Source of the DNA: Minisyncoccia bacterium
GTDB lineage: Bacteria; Patescibacteriota; Minisyncoccia; Phycocordibacterales; Phycocordibacteraceae
DNA length: 64,000 nucleotides
NCBI GenBank assembly: GCA_038207395.1
Contig: JBBQZW010000001.1
Coordinates: 142,862 to 206,861 of the forward strand
Direction: 5' to 3'
Below, piece by piece: positions 42,648 through 52,346 of the stretch. Position numbers and translations under genes: made by a program. Each line of letters begins with the position of its first letter. Position 1 is the first letter of the stretch. Below the pieces are notes generated by a model that saw nothing but the letters and a program-made list of their open reading frames with translations, made no database searches and was not told the origin of the DNA.

Positions 42648-43302
42648 AGTATTTTCCGATTACCGTAAGAATAATGATACCGAGAATACTTAGCCCTATA
42701 TTCAAAGGACTTAGCATTTTCAATGACCCTCCAAGGTATACAAAGAGAAAGGTGCCTGGCAGCATTCCAATAAATGAGCCAATGACATACGTTTTTAGCG
42801 GTATCGGCGTAACGCCAAGCAAGAAGTTTATAGCGTTGAATGGGAACAGTGGTACGAGCCGGAGAAAAAGAATCGTACTTAATCCCTTCGTCTCAAGACT
42901 GTTCACATACTTTTCTATTGTTGGGTACTTAGCAAATACTTTCTTTCCGTAATCCTGAAATATGTACCGTGCTAGCAAAAAAGCGAGCGTTGCTCCTATT
43001 GTGTTTCCGATGATAGCTACGAGTGTTCCAAACCACACACCAAAGACTGATCCCGTAATTAATGTAAGTGGGGTTCCTGGCACCCCAAGAGGCGCAGCTA
43101 CGGCCTTAAGCAGGATTAATATCCCAGCAACCTGCAATGGATTCATAATGCTTTGCGTTTCAAGCATCCTGAACAATTCAAGTATTTTTTCGTGATAGGC
43201 AAATGCCGCAATGGCAAGCGCGATAACCGTGCACAGAAGAATTATTTTTTTATTCATGAGGTTTTTTAGATTGTCCCATGGAATGGGTATTTTACTAAAC
43301 AC
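42628..43302 (-). CDS. DedA / TVP38/TMEM64 family membrane protein.
   Basis: LVPLFPFNAINFLLGVTPIPLKTYVIGSFIGMLPG. It overlaps the 3' end of the oxidoreductase gene by 20 nt. Confidence 0.7.
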   Translation of the reverse strand: MFSKIPIPWDNLKNLMNKKIILLCTVIALAIAAFAYHEKILELFRMLETQSIMNPLQVAGILILLKAVAAPLGVPGTPLTLITGSVFGVWFGTLVAIIGNTIGATLAFLLARYIFQDYGKKVFAKYPTIEKYVNSLETKGLSTILFLRLVPLFPFNAINFLLGVTPIPLKTYVIGSFIGMLPGTFLFVYLGGSLKMLSPLNIGLSILGIIILTVIGKYYEKRYQ

Positions 43303-43367
43303 AAACTGTGGTGGTTGTATACTACGTGAAGCAGTACTTTAATTCATTTACTTATTACCCTATATTC

Positions 43368-43796
43368 ATGAAAACCCTTTCCCGAATCGATTCCAGTTCA
43401 GATCTTAAAGACGTTGCGCTTTTACTCCTTCGTCTTATGCTCGCAGCCGTGTTTATTTACCATGGGTGGGCAAAGATAACGAACATTGAGGGTACGCTTG
43501 GTTTCTTTAGCCAGATTGGTCTTGGAAACATTGTACTCGTATACCTTGCAGGGTACGGAGAGTTTATTGGCGGCATCCTTATTGGACTGGGACTTTTCAC
43601 CCGATACGCAGCGTTTCTACTCATGATCATCTCTGCTGTTGCAATTGCGACGGTACACCTATCAAAAGGATTTGGCCTTATGGGAGGCGGGTACGAATAC
43701 GTACTCACTCTTCTTGTCGTTTCAGCGGCAATAGGTTTGATGGGAGCTGGTATGTACAGTTTGGAGGCTAAGATGCAAAAGAAGCACTCGGTGTAA
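43368..43796 (+). CDS. DoxX family membrane protein.
   Basis: LLLRLMLAAVFIYHGWAKI DoxX signature and four TM helices. Confidence 0.7.
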   Translation: MKTLSRIDSSSDLKDVALLLLRLMLAAVFIYHGWAKITNIEGTLGFFSQIGLGNIVLVYLAGYGEFIGGILIGLGLFTRYAAFLLMIISAVAIATVHLSKGFGLMGGGYEYVLTLLVVSAAIGLMGAGMYSLEAKMQKKHSV

Positions 43797-43813
43797 TATT
43801 TAAAAAACTAGAG

Positions 43814-43855
43814 CAATAACCCCATTTGGATTAAATGGGGTTATTGCGTATTATT
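43814..43855 (+). terminator. Rho-independent terminator.
   Basis: AATAACCCCATTTGGA-tt-AAATGGGGTTATTG hairpin. Confidence 0.6.
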
Positions 43856-43894
43856 TCCACAGATTATCTGTTCAATTGAAAGTGGAGGTGTAAA

Positions 43895-44560
43895 ATGAGA
43901 ACCAATCCATTAGCTGATCCTCATACGATCACATGCTTCGGCAAGAATATCTATGCCTGCTGTTCGATACTTGGAATTTCTATTAAATCCCTTGGGGTTC
44001 GAGCAGATGTTGATTCAACATTATTTCCTGGATACCTAGCCGGCACGCAAACAATACGAGAGGAAGACCTCGAAGCGGTGAGAAGCGAGTTTCGCTTAAC
44101 AAAATTGCAAATAGTGACTCACTATGGCACCGAGGAGCAGCGAAAAAAAGCACTCACCTCTCAGCTTGCTTCCGCTGGACATGTTATTCCGAAAACCATT
44201 CCAGCTGGGAGCGAACTGCACGAAGACGACACTACTGGAAATGATGGGGACACTGCAGGCATGATCACCGATCCTGCCGAACAAGTGCCACCCGCTACTG
44301 ATGTACTCACTGGCACTAACGTGGCAGAAATTGTAGTTCAGGAGACCATTACAGAGTCGACCGAAGCCGCAAGCAACGTCACGGTAAGGTGGAACGATGA
44401 AGATCTTGTGGCAGAAACTGCTGATGGCCAAAAATTCAACATGTGCCTAAAAGGTATGCGTGCAGGTGTTATCGGCCAGATTCGAGAACACATCGTGGGT
44501 ACTGGTTGGACATTCGCCAAGATTAACGATGGGGCAAAGATTAATAAGCCATCGAGTTGA
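43895..44560 (+). CDS. Hypothetical acidic protein.
   Basis: It is a 221-aa ORF with no domain call. Confidence 0.35.
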   Translation: MRTNPLADPHTITCFGKNIYACCSILGISIKSLGVRADVDSTLFPGYLAGTQTIREEDLEAVRSEFRLTKLQIVTHYGTEEQRKKALTSQLASAGHVIPKTIPAGSELHEDDTTGNDGDTAGMITDPAEQVPPATDVLTGTNVAEIVVQETITESTEAASNVTVRWNDEDLVAETADGQKFNMCLKGMRAGVIGQIREHIVGTGWTFAKINDGAKINKPSS

Positions 44561-44686
44561 TGGAGAAACACCGAGCTTGGCACCACAAGAATCTATGGTA
44601 CTGAGATCGAAGCTATAGCTGAGTGTCTGGGAATACGGGTATATGATCTCTTAGTCAAGGCTGCTGCGAAGCAGTGCGCTACCCCC

Positions 44687-45058
44687 ATGGCTCGTAAAAT
44701 TCCCGGAGTAAAGCCTGAAGCAGCGAAGGTGGTGCCGGTATCAGACAATGCTCCTGCAGCTCCCTCGCCAATCGCAGAAAAACAATCCTCTTTTCCGGAC
44801 ATTCCAGAACAAGAGTTTTTCCGGTTGCTCGTTCTCAGTGAACATACCGAGCTAGCTGAAGGAGTGCGAGTTGGTCAGCTTCTTATGCTCGCACAAGAAC
44901 AAAACGGGGTGGATTGGCGCGACGTCTACCTCACCCTAACGGTGGAAGGTAACGAGGTTGGCGTGGCTCTCGCAAGGATAGAAAAAGAAGTGAGCGGTTT
45001 TGGAAAACCAATTCAGGCCATGTTTATGCGAATGATTAGAGGAGTCTACGAGAGTTGA
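44687..45058 (+). CDS. Hypothetical protein.
   Basis: It is a 123-aa ORF followed by the hairpin terminator GGGACGCAC-tctg-TGCGTCCC-TTTTTT at 45082-45108. Confidence 0.35.
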   Translation: MARKIPGVKPEAAKVVPVSDNAPAAPSPIAEKQSSFPDIPEQEFFRLLVLSEHTELAEGVRVGQLLMLAQEQNGVDWRDVYLTLTVEGNEVGVALARIEKEVSGFGKPIQAMFMRMIRGVYES

Positions 45059-45109
45059 ATCAATCATCGTATAGCAATCAAGGGACGCACTCTGTGCGTC
45101 CCTTTTTTA

Positions 45110-45775
45110 TTACTTACTCAACCTCCGACACTCACTTTCTAATATAGGCAGAAGTCGGTCAGCGATTTTCTGGTACCCATCCTGATTAGGATGTATGCCG
45201 TCACTCATGAGGTTCGGGTGCCCGATGATTCCAGAAAGTATGTTTGAGACATACGTAACCTTGTACGTTTCAGCGAGACGCTTATACATAGCTGTAAACG
45301 GATCCTGAGGAAAACCGCCAATGACGCCGAGCAGTATTATGCTTGAGCCACTCTTCTGAATTTCTTCGATAATCTCACTAAGGTTCTTCTCAGTTTCTGC
45401 AAGAGGTATGCGCTGTAGCGCATCATTTCCACCAAGGAGAATAAGCGTAGTATCTGGCCTGCTGGAGCGTACTTCGCTGAGGCGAAACTTTGCCTGCGCT
45501 GTGGTATCACCGCTCTTACCCAGATTTGAGATAGGAACTCCTGCCTCACGTGAGAGGATTGAAACAAAGCCTCCCTCAGTAGTTGCGCCGTACCCCGCTA
45601 CCAGACTGTCACCAAAAGCTGTAACGCGCGGTTGCGGAACTGCGTCTAGGCATGAGGTGTCGTTTTGCTTCATATATGAAAAATATAGTATTCCTGCGCC
45701 AATCAAGATGAGGGCAAAAAGTATAGTGAGCACAGTGCGCGCTGATATGGTCATACAGAAAAGTATCTCATGCAC
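45110..45775 (-). CDS. SGNH/GDSL hydrolase family protein.
   Basis: FGDSLVAGYG block I, GGNDA block III and an N-terminal TM segment. Confidence 0.75.
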   Translation of the reverse strand: MHEILFCMTISARTVLTILFALILIGAGILYFSYMKQNDTSCLDAVPQPRVTAFGDSLVAGYGATTEGGFVSILSREAGVPISNLGKSGDTTAQAKFRLSEVRSSRPDTTLILLGGNDALQRIPLAETEKNLSEIIEEIQKSGSSIILLGVIGGFPQDPFTAMYKRLAETYKVTYVSNILSGIIGHPNLMSDGIHPNQDGYQKIADRLLPILESECRRLSK

Positions 45776-45836
45776 CGAAATTTCACACTAGTAAAGTACT
45801 TCTGTAGCCAATACAATAATACTTTTTAGTGCTACC

Positions 45837-45879
45837 TCTACATACAAAAAGAACCCTAATCGGGTTCTTTTTGTATGTA
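45837..45879 (-). terminator. Perfect 19-bp inverted-repeat hairpin that terminates the HMBD-MauE gene.
   Basis: CTACATACAAAAAGAACCC-taatc-GGGTTCTTTTTGTATGTAG. Confidence 0.6.
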
Positions 45880-45895
45880 GCTAATAATCCAAGTC

Positions 45896-46576
45896 TTACT
45901 GAAGGAGTAGGAGAAGTATCCCTGCCAGGGCTGCCATCCCAAAATCCTCAATAAGAGTTACGTACGTTAGTGGGACTTTTAGGAATGTGCCGAGGCATGA
46001 GCAGATGAATTCTTCCTTCCGTGCAATCTTGATTGCAACTCCAATTCCGCTGAATACCATAACCATCAGTTCAATCCAGAGGAGGAAGGGTGTATGAATT
46101 CCCGCAACCATAAGTAGACCAAAGGTAAGTTCAACGAACGGATAGACATAGCCGTAGACGAACCACCGCTGTGCAAGCAAGTCATAGGTTGAGTACCCTT
46201 CTGCAAAACCTTTAAGATCAATCAGCTTAAAGCCTGCAAACACGAGAAAGAATCCAGCCATGAAGTATTCAAGCGAGCGTGAGAACATAAATACTCCCTT
46301 AGCCTGGTCTGCGAGTGATGCAGCGGTAGTTGCCGCTAGAAGCAGACTGAATATGACGATAAGTGGCATGTAGCTTTTCCAGGTGATCGGACCCAAACCT
46401 TTGTCACTACCGATTGCTTTTGGTTTCGCATTCACTGATTGTTCAGGCACGAGCGCCATACCACATTTTGGACATCGTCCTGGCAGCTCCTGCCGCACAT
46501 CGGTATGCATCGGACAGATATACATACTAGAGTAGACTATTGCGCTGTAGAACCTCCGTACCATTGCTTCTGCCAT
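45896..46576 (-). CDS. Fusion of a heavy-metal-binding domain (HMBD, YxCPMH...CPKCGM) to a MauE/DoxX-like membrane domain. The probable start is near 46525.
   Basis: MYICPMHTDVRQELPGRCPKCGMAL, then about 5 TM helices. Confidence 0.6.
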   Translation of the reverse strand: MAEAMVRRFYSAIVYSSMYICPMHTDVRQELPGRCPKCGMALVPEQSVNAKPKAIGSDKGLGPITWKSYMPLIVIFSLLLAATTAASLADQAKGVFMFSRSLEYFMAGFFLVFAGFKLIDLKGFAEGYSTYDLLAQRWFVYGYVYPFVELTFGLLMVAGIHTPFLLWIELMVMVFSGIGVAIKIARKEEFICSCLGTFLKVPLTYVTLIEDFGMAALAGILLLLLQ

Positions 46577-46947
46577 GATTGCATTTCAGCTATTTCTTTA
46601 TTTTGAGCAGTTATGATTGCCGTAGCAAGATCTTTTATTTCCTGATGCTTAGCGTTTGTAAGTGCAAGTTGTGCCATTTCTACAGCACCTTGGTGGTGAA
46701 CAGTCATTTCCGTAAGGAAGGCTTGATCAAAGGAATCACCTGTCTTTCCTTGGAGCGCAGCATTCATGGCACTCATCTCACCGTGCATACTCATACTTTC
46801 CCCTCCCATCATCTCTCCATTTGCCATTTGATGCTGCATCGCCCCTTTCTCAGATACACTATTTTTCTCGATGGACGCATATACGCCTCCACCCCCAACG
46901 ATTAGACCTACCAGTACTCCGACGATAACTTTTGAATTTGTATTCAT
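46537..46947 (-). CDS. DUF305 domain protein with a Met-rich N-terminal region (paralog B).
   Basis: MQHQMANGEMMGGESMSMHGEMSAM, then TVHHQGAVEMAQLALTNAKHQEIKDLATAIITAQNKEIAEMQSWQ. It parallels the paralog at 33295-33726. Confidence 0.7.
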   Translation of the reverse strand: MNTNSKVIVGVLVGLIVGGGGVYASIEKNSVSEKGAMQHQMANGEMMGGESMSMHGEMSAMNAALQGKTGDSFDQAFLTEMTVHHQGAVEMAQLALTNAKHQEIKDLATAIITAQNKEIAEMQSWQKQWYGGSTAQ

Positions 46948-46984
46948 GGTTGTTTATATAGATTAATAAGAAACAAAAAGATAT

Positions 46985-47395
46985 CTAATATAACTTGGGA
47001 TGAATAATACCGTTTGAAAATGCCTCTTGGAGACTATTGCGCGGAATAAATAGTGGTGGAGGTGAAAGAACCTGTTCCCAGGATGCAAAGAGAGTGTGGG
47101 GGTTCCAAATTCCTCGACAAACAAGCCATAGGCATGCACACGCAAAGACAAGCGCTGTGATAAGAGAGGAGAAATCTAACGGTATCGCAGAAAAAATACT
47201 ACTCCAGTACGAAAGGTGATCTAATGGTGTTTGACATCCTTCTGCTGAGTTAGAGGAGGGACAGGAGCTTCCCATTGCCATACTATGCTGAGAAGAACTC
47301 GAGATTCCAATGCATAGGAAAATACCTCCTATGAAGAATAAGATTAGTATCAGAGCCAGGCTTTTTGGAGTCACTCTCATATAAAAAGTATACAC
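46985..47395 (-). CDS. Hypothetical membrane protein.
   Basis: 136 aa with two or three TM helices, Cys-containing. Confidence 0.3.
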   Translation of the reverse strand: MYTFYMRVTPKSLALILILFFIGGIFLCIGISSSSQHSMAMGSSCPSSNSAEGCQTPLDHLSYWSSIFSAIPLDFSSLITALVFACACLWLVCRGIWNPHTLFASWEQVLSPPPLFIPRNSLQEAFSNGIIHPKLY

Positions 47396-47435
47396 CTAAT
47401 GATTACAGCTAGTACATTGGCACTAATTCAGGTAT

Positions 47436-48383
47436 TTGGGATCGGATATCTTTCACAATTTTTTCTTACCCATTCATATATACTACCTATACATGAATGC
47501 ACTGGGCTTACAGACACTCCGCATATCGGGCCTTACTGCCTTTGCCTTACTCTTTTTCGGAGCTGGTTTATATGCGTATACAAAAATTGCTTCTCTTTCA
47601 ACACGGGTCAACACTCTCGATCAGGAAGTCTCAACGCTCACGGCAGACCTAGCTTCAAGCACGGATGAGCTAAGAATTGCGATGGATCAGCAACACCGTG
47701 ATGTTACCTCTTCTCTAACATCAACTCAGCAGAATCTTGGTAAGGCGCAGCAGCAAATCCAGAACCAGGTAGGTGTATTAGAAAAACTCTCCCAGACAGA
47801 CTCACAACTTCTCCAAAAGTATTCAAAGGTGTACTTCCTAAATGAAAACTATGTACCTGCGCATCTTTCAGATATACCTCAGGAACTGCAGTACCCTGGT
47901 ACCTCTCAACTCCTACTTCAGAGCGAAGTACTACCCCACCTCCAATCATTAATGAGTGCCGCATCTTCTTCGGGTATAAAAATATATATCAAATCTGCGT
48001 ACCGTTCCTTTGCTGAACAAAAAGCACTTAAGTCTGGGTACAAAATTACGTATGGCGCAGGTACCGCCAATTCTTTCTCAGCCGACCAAGGATATTCTGA
48101 ACATCAGCTTGGAACGGCAGTTGACATTAGTACTACTGAGCGCGGCGGTACCCTCACTACAAACTTTGATCAAACACCTGAATATGCCTGGTTAGCGGAG
48201 CACGCATATCAATACGGCTTTGTACTTTCGTACCCGAAGAATAATTCATATTACATATATGAACCGTGGCATTGGCGTTTCGTTGGAGTAAAACTTGCTA
48301 CTGATCTTCACACGCAGGGTAAGAATTTCTATGATCTCAACCAGCGAACTATCGATACGTACCTTGTATCGTTGTTTGATTAG
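47436..48383 (+). CDS. D-alanyl-D-alanine carboxypeptidase (peptidase M15B / VanY family) with an N-terminal TM segment and a coiled coil. The probable start is near 47493.
   Basis: SEHQLGTAVD and EPWHWRFVG zinc-site motifs. Confidence 0.8.
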   Translation: MGSDIFHNFFLPIHIYYLYMNALGLQTLRISGLTAFALLFFGAGLYAYTKIASLSTRVNTLDQEVSTLTADLASSTDELRIAMDQQHRDVTSSLTSTQQNLGKAQQQIQNQVGVLEKLSQTDSQLLQKYSKVYFLNENYVPAHLSDIPQELQYPGTSQLLLQSEVLPHLQSLMSAASSSGIKIYIKSAYRSFAEQKALKSGYKITYGAGTANSFSADQGYSEHQLGTAVDISTTERGGTLTTNFDQTPEYAWLAEHAYQYGFVLSYPKNNSYYIYEPWHWRFVGVKLATDLHTQGKNFYDLNQRTIDTYLVSLFD

Positions 48384-48411
48384 CACATACAACCAAACAT
48401 ATATCAGTACG

Positions 48412-49464
48412 CTATGCGCTACGCTCTATTCGATTTGCTTTCACTGAACTGAACAAAGCCAAGGCAATGAGCGCAGCACCAATGAGACCTGTTACCGTCT
48501 CTGGAATGTGAATGACTGAATTTAGGAACATAATTACGGCAAGGGCAAATATAGCCCATAGCGCACCATGCTCTAGGAATCGGTACTGATTCAGTGTCCC
48601 TTTATCCACCAAATATATAGTGAATGATCTAACGAACATCGCTCCCACCCCAAGGCCAAGCATAATAATGAAAAGGTTGCTTGAGATTGCAAAGGCACCA
48701 ATAACACCATCGAACGAGAAGGAAGCATCGAGGAGTTCTAGATAAATCAATCCTCCAACCCCTTGTCGTACTATCTTGTCGTGTACGTCACTACCACCAG
48801 AAAGTAGTTGCGCAAAGAACTTAGCACCGACATACGTAATGAGCCCATACACGCCCGCACGCAAGAACTCTGTAGCTTCTTCTCCCGGAAGCAATGACGA
48901 AACGAAAAGGAGAATTACCATCACAAGCCCCATTCCCACACCCTTCTGATATGTACCGAGTTTTGCAAGAAATCGTTCGACCCCTGGAAGCCAGTGATGC
49001 CGCTTTTCTGAATCAATAAAGAACTCAAACGCAACCATCATCAAAAAAGCTCCGCCAAAAGCTTCAACCTGATGCTGCACTGAAAAGAGCGCCGCTGAAT
49101 ATGCTTCAGGATTCTGTATCGCAAGCCCTATCGTATCTAACATACCCAACCCCGTCGCAATCGATACAATAAGTAACGGAAAGAAGAGACGCATCCCAAA
49201 TACGGCAATAGGAAGACCGAACCATATAAACATTCGCCGCCAGTACGCATTCCAGTTTGAAAGTACCTTTGCGTTTACAACGGCATTATCAAAAGAAAGT
49301 GATGTTTCAAGTATTGAAAGTACGAGCACTGCCCACGCACCGGCAAGTGCACCTGACGTACCTCCCATCCCTATAGTTGAACCAACATACGCCCCAATAC
49401 CTATGGCAATAATAAGAATGATTATTGAACCACTGAAATAGCTAAGAGAATGTCTCTGCTTCAT
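48412..49464 (-). CDS. TerC/DUF475-family integral membrane protein.
   Basis: LSFDNAVVNA and FSFDGVIGAF repeats (TerC-like LSxDNxxV) and about 9 TM helices. Confidence 0.55.
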   Translation of the reverse strand: MKQRHSLSYFSGSIIILIIAIGIGAYVGSTIGMGGTSGALAGAWAVLVLSILETSLSFDNAVVNAKVLSNWNAYWRRMFIWFGLPIAVFGMRLFFPLLIVSIATGLGMLDTIGLAIQNPEAYSAALFSVQHQVEAFGGAFLMMVAFEFFIDSEKRHHWLPGVERFLAKLGTYQKGVGMGLVMVILLFVSSLLPGEEATEFLRAGVYGLITYVGAKFFAQLLSGGSDVHDKIVRQGVGGLIYLELLDASFSFDGVIGAFAISSNLFIIMLGLGVGAMFVRSFTIYLVDKGTLNQYRFLEHGALWAIFALAVIMFLNSVIHIPETVTGLIGAALIALALFSSVKANRIERSA

Positions 49465-49475
49465 ATCTAAAAGAG

Positions 49476-49946
49476 TTATGAGGACTTCGTAAGACTAAAG
49501 AAACTTAGCGTAAACGGATATCCTGGGATAATTCGTAGCTGCAACTTTCCGAGATACTCACCCGGAGCAACTTCCACAATCTCATCTAGTATCAAGCGGA
49601 GCCAGAATGGATTATTTCCGTAATCATAATCAATTTTAATAACGGATATACTGTCATGACTTCCTTTCCCAACCGAAAAAGCGAAGGGGTATTTTTCAAC
49701 CGTACTCCCATCAGCATTGGCAAAAAGATTAATTCCTGTCATAGCGCTCAGATTGAACTTCTTCCCAAGCCACGAGACCTTAGTTTCGCCAACACTTCCG
49801 GCGTAGAGACCATCCGGCATCTGGGTCACAGTTCCCTTTTTAAAAGATTGCTGGTTGGTGGTCCATGAAAGCTGGAGTGTACGCACCGTAAACCCAATTA
49901 GAATAAGGAGGAGGATGGCTGCCGCTATTTTAAGGAAGATGAGCAT
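49476..49946 (-). CDS. Hypothetical membrane-anchored protein.
   Basis: An N-terminal TM segment followed by a soluble domain with no family call. Confidence 0.35.
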   Translation of the reverse strand: MLIFLKIAAAILLLILIGFTVRTLQLSWTTNQQSFKKGTVTQMPDGLYAGSVGETKVSWLGKKFNLSAMTGINLFANADGSTVEKYPFAFSVGKGSHDSISVIKIDYDYGNNPFWLRLILDEIVEVAPGEYLGKLQLRIIPGYPFTLSFFSLTKSS

Positions 49947-49999
49947 ATACCTAAACTATACCGTACTCGTATTCACAAACTACCTGCTATTCTAGTGAT

Positions 50000-50599
50000 A
50001 TGTTCAAATCCGTTATCTCGGCCGCCGTTCTGATTATATTTTTTCTAGGAACATCGTACATAACCCAGACAAACCAAGAGTACTTTGTAGCTCTTATAGG
50101 AAACGAAGGGTTTACGGGCATCCTTGTCTATATTGGACTTGCGATATTTACGACCGTGATTGCTCCTCTAACAAGTGTTCCGCTCATTCCCTTAATCGTA
50201 AGTGTGTGGGGACCGGTTGTGGCGGCCATAGCTAGTATTGTCGGGTGGCTTATTGGTGCAATGATTGCCTTCTCACTAAGCCGTCGATATGGCAGAAAAC
50301 TTGTAGGGAGATTTGTATCTGATGAAAAGCTGGCTGAACTCGAGAGCCGCGTACCCGTAACAAATCTTTTCTGGTCCATTGTTTTGTTACGAACATTTCT
50401 GCCGGTCGATGTTCTGAGCTACGCGCTTGGCTTACTTAGCACGGTTACCTGGAGAACGTACTTCTTCGCCACCCTGCTTGGTATTATCCCGAGCGCATTC
50501 ATACTTTCGTATGTCGGATCACTTTCTTTCACGTATCAAATTCCTCTCGTGATACTTGCTCTAGTAGTGGTAGGCTTTCTCAACAAGCGGAAAACTTAG
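50000..50599 (+). CDS. DedA / TVP38/TMEM64 family membrane protein (second copy).
   Basis: FLPVDVLSYALGLLS motif and several TM helices. Confidence 0.65.
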   Translation: MFKSVISAAVLIIFFLGTSYITQTNQEYFVALIGNEGFTGILVYIGLAIFTTVIAPLTSVPLIPLIVSVWGPVVAAIASIVGWLIGAMIAFSLSRRYGRKLVGRFVSDEKLAELESRVPVTNLFWSIVLLRTFLPVDVLSYALGLLSTVTWRTYFFATLLGIIPSAFILSYVGSLSFTYQIPLVILALVVVGFLNKRKT

Positions 50600-50616
50600 G
50601 TATACTTACTATCACC

Positions 50617-51390
50617 ATGCAGCCTATCGATGCAATCATACTCGGAATACTGGAAGGAGCTACTGAATTCCTCCCGATCTCATCGACCGGCCATCTCATT
50701 CTGGCGTCTTCCCTTTTGAAGATTCCGACCTCAACATTCCTGACGAGTTTTCTTATCGCTATTCAGGTGGGAGCAATTGCTGCCGTGGCACTAACCTACT
50801 GGCGCTCATTCCTTGATATTGAAGTGCTTAAACGCCTCGTTGTTGCATTCCTGCCTACTGCAGTAATCGGGTTCACGGTCTACCCACTCGTAAAAGGCTT
50901 CTTGCTCGGTAATGAACTAGTTGTTATTAGTGCGCTCTTTATTGGAGGCATTCTAATGATTCTGTGTGAGCTCTATGTTGCAAGACGTGGTACAGACGAT
51001 ACCGAAGGACCGGCTCTCGTTTCCTACAAACAAGCTCTAGCCGTTGGGCTCTTTCAAAGCCTCGCCATTGTTCCAGGCGTATCGCGTTCTGCCGCAACAG
51101 TCATGGGCGGTCTTCTTATTGGCATGCGCCGCGTGTCAGTCGTTCAGTTTTCGTTCCTTCTTGCCGTACCCACCATGGGAGCTGCTACCGCTCTCGATAT
51201 TCTTAAATCGTACAAAACTTTCGACTCCTCAGGAATTCACCTCATGGTACTTGGTGGGGTTACTGCCTTTTTTGTAGCGCTCTTAGCAATCCGTTTCTTG
51301 CTAGCATACGTAAAACGTCACACCTTCATTCCGTTCGGTATATACCGCATTATTCTTGCAGTGATTTTCTTCTTCTTTGTCCTTACCTAG
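50617..51390 (+). CDS. uppP: Undecaprenyl-diphosphatase.
   Basis: EGATEFLPISSTGHL and VSRSAATVMGG motifs with 8 TM helices. Confidence 0.9.
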   Translation: MQPIDAIILGILEGATEFLPISSTGHLILASSLLKIPTSTFLTSFLIAIQVGAIAAVALTYWRSFLDIEVLKRLVVAFLPTAVIGFTVYPLVKGFLLGNELVVISALFIGGILMILCELYVARRGTDDTEGPALVSYKQALAVGLFQSLAIVPGVSRSAATVMGGLLIGMRRVSVVQFSFLLAVPTMGAATALDILKSYKTFDSSGIHLMVLGGVTAFFVALLAIRFLLAYVKRHTFIPFGIYRIILAVIFFFFVLT

Positions 51391-51503
51391 ATGCTGTTTT
51401 GACCGTGCACTACAGGCGCTGCATTTGACCAAAGATAGTGCCCGGGCTAAATTATTATTGGTGCAAGTATTTCCTTTCACCACTACCGACAGGGGTATGG
51501 AGA

Positions 51504-51788
51504 ATGAAAAAGTGTATTTTACTCGTCGTGGCCGCGCTATCATGCGCAGTTACTGTTCCGGCTATTGCGCGTAGCGAAAAGCCGCAAATATCTAAGGCAG
51601 TGGTCGCCACGCAATCAAGCGCGGCGACAACTCCCCGCGTTCAACGCGTTCAATACGCTGGCGTATACCATTCGATCAACAACTTTGGGATTTGGTTCTG
51701 GAGCGCGAACAGCGCCCAGCATGCGGTGGCGATCTGCCAAGCAAACACGCCTGCCGGCAACGTCTGCTGGTACAAAGGTTTCTGGTGA
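51504..51788 (+). CDS. Small secreted Cys-containing hypothetical protein in a GC-rich patch. The track ORF begins at 51438, but the probable start is MKKCILL.
   Basis: Signal peptide MKKCILLVVAALSCAVTVPAIA. It is GC-rich and followed by the hairpin GGGCGGCAAAC-tatt-GTTTGCCGCCC at 51800-51825. Confidence 0.4.
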   Translation: MKKCILLVVAALSCAVTVPAIARSEKPQISKAVVATQSSAATTPRVQRVQYAGVYHSINNFGIWFWSANSAQHAVAICQANTPAGNVCWYKGFW

Positions 51789-51866
51789 TTTTTCACCCCG
51801 GGCGGCAAACTATTGTTTGCCGCCCTTACTATATATATGGAAAATTTTTAGTGGTGTCAGACGTAT

Positions 51867-52346
51867 CTATACTCCCTTCCGGGCAGCCTCAATAGCAGCA
51901 ACGTCAATCTTCTGCATAGTCATCATCGCCGCGAAAGCGCGCGCTCCTTCTTCACCACCTGCTGCAAGGGCATCAGTAAGTGCGCGTGGTGTAATCTGCC
52001 ATGATATTCCCCAACGATCCTTACACCATCCACAATCACTCTCTATCCCCCCATTGCCGACGATGGCATCCCAGTATCGATCCGTCTCCTCTTGATCTTC
52101 TGTTGTTATTTGGAAAGAAAACGCCTCGCTTTGTGGAAACATCGGACCTCCATTAAGTCCGATACACGGAATTCCACATACCGTAAATCCTACCGTCAGC
52201 ACATCTCCCTTCTTTCCACCCGGAAAATCACTTGGCGCATTGAAAACAGAACGTACTGCACTGTCAGGAAATGTAGCTGCATAAAAAGTAGCAGCGTCTA
52301 ATGCGTCTTTTTCAAACCAGAGACAAATAGTATTTTTAGCAATCAT
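51867..52346 (-). CDS. PhnB-like / 3-demethylubiquinone-9 3-methyltransferase-domain protein (VOC superfamily).
   Basis: ICLWFEKDALDAATFYAATFPDS...ISWQI pattern. Confidence 0.65.
   Translation of the reverse strand: MIAKNTICLWFEKDALDAATFYAATFPDSAVRSVFNAPSDFPGGKKGDVLTVGFTVCGIPCIGLNGGPMFPQSEAFSFQITTEDQEETDRYWDAIVGNGGIESDCGWCKDRWGISWQITPRALTDALAAGGEEGARAFAAMMTMQKIDVAAIEAARKGV

Noticed and set aside
43895-45058. Single gene with an in-frame TGA (readthrough or selenocysteine) joining ORFs 43895-44560 and 44687-45058
   Set aside because: Direct translation past the first stop hits further stops within 15 codons. The second ATG is in a different frame by string count, and no SECIS-like hairpin is present.
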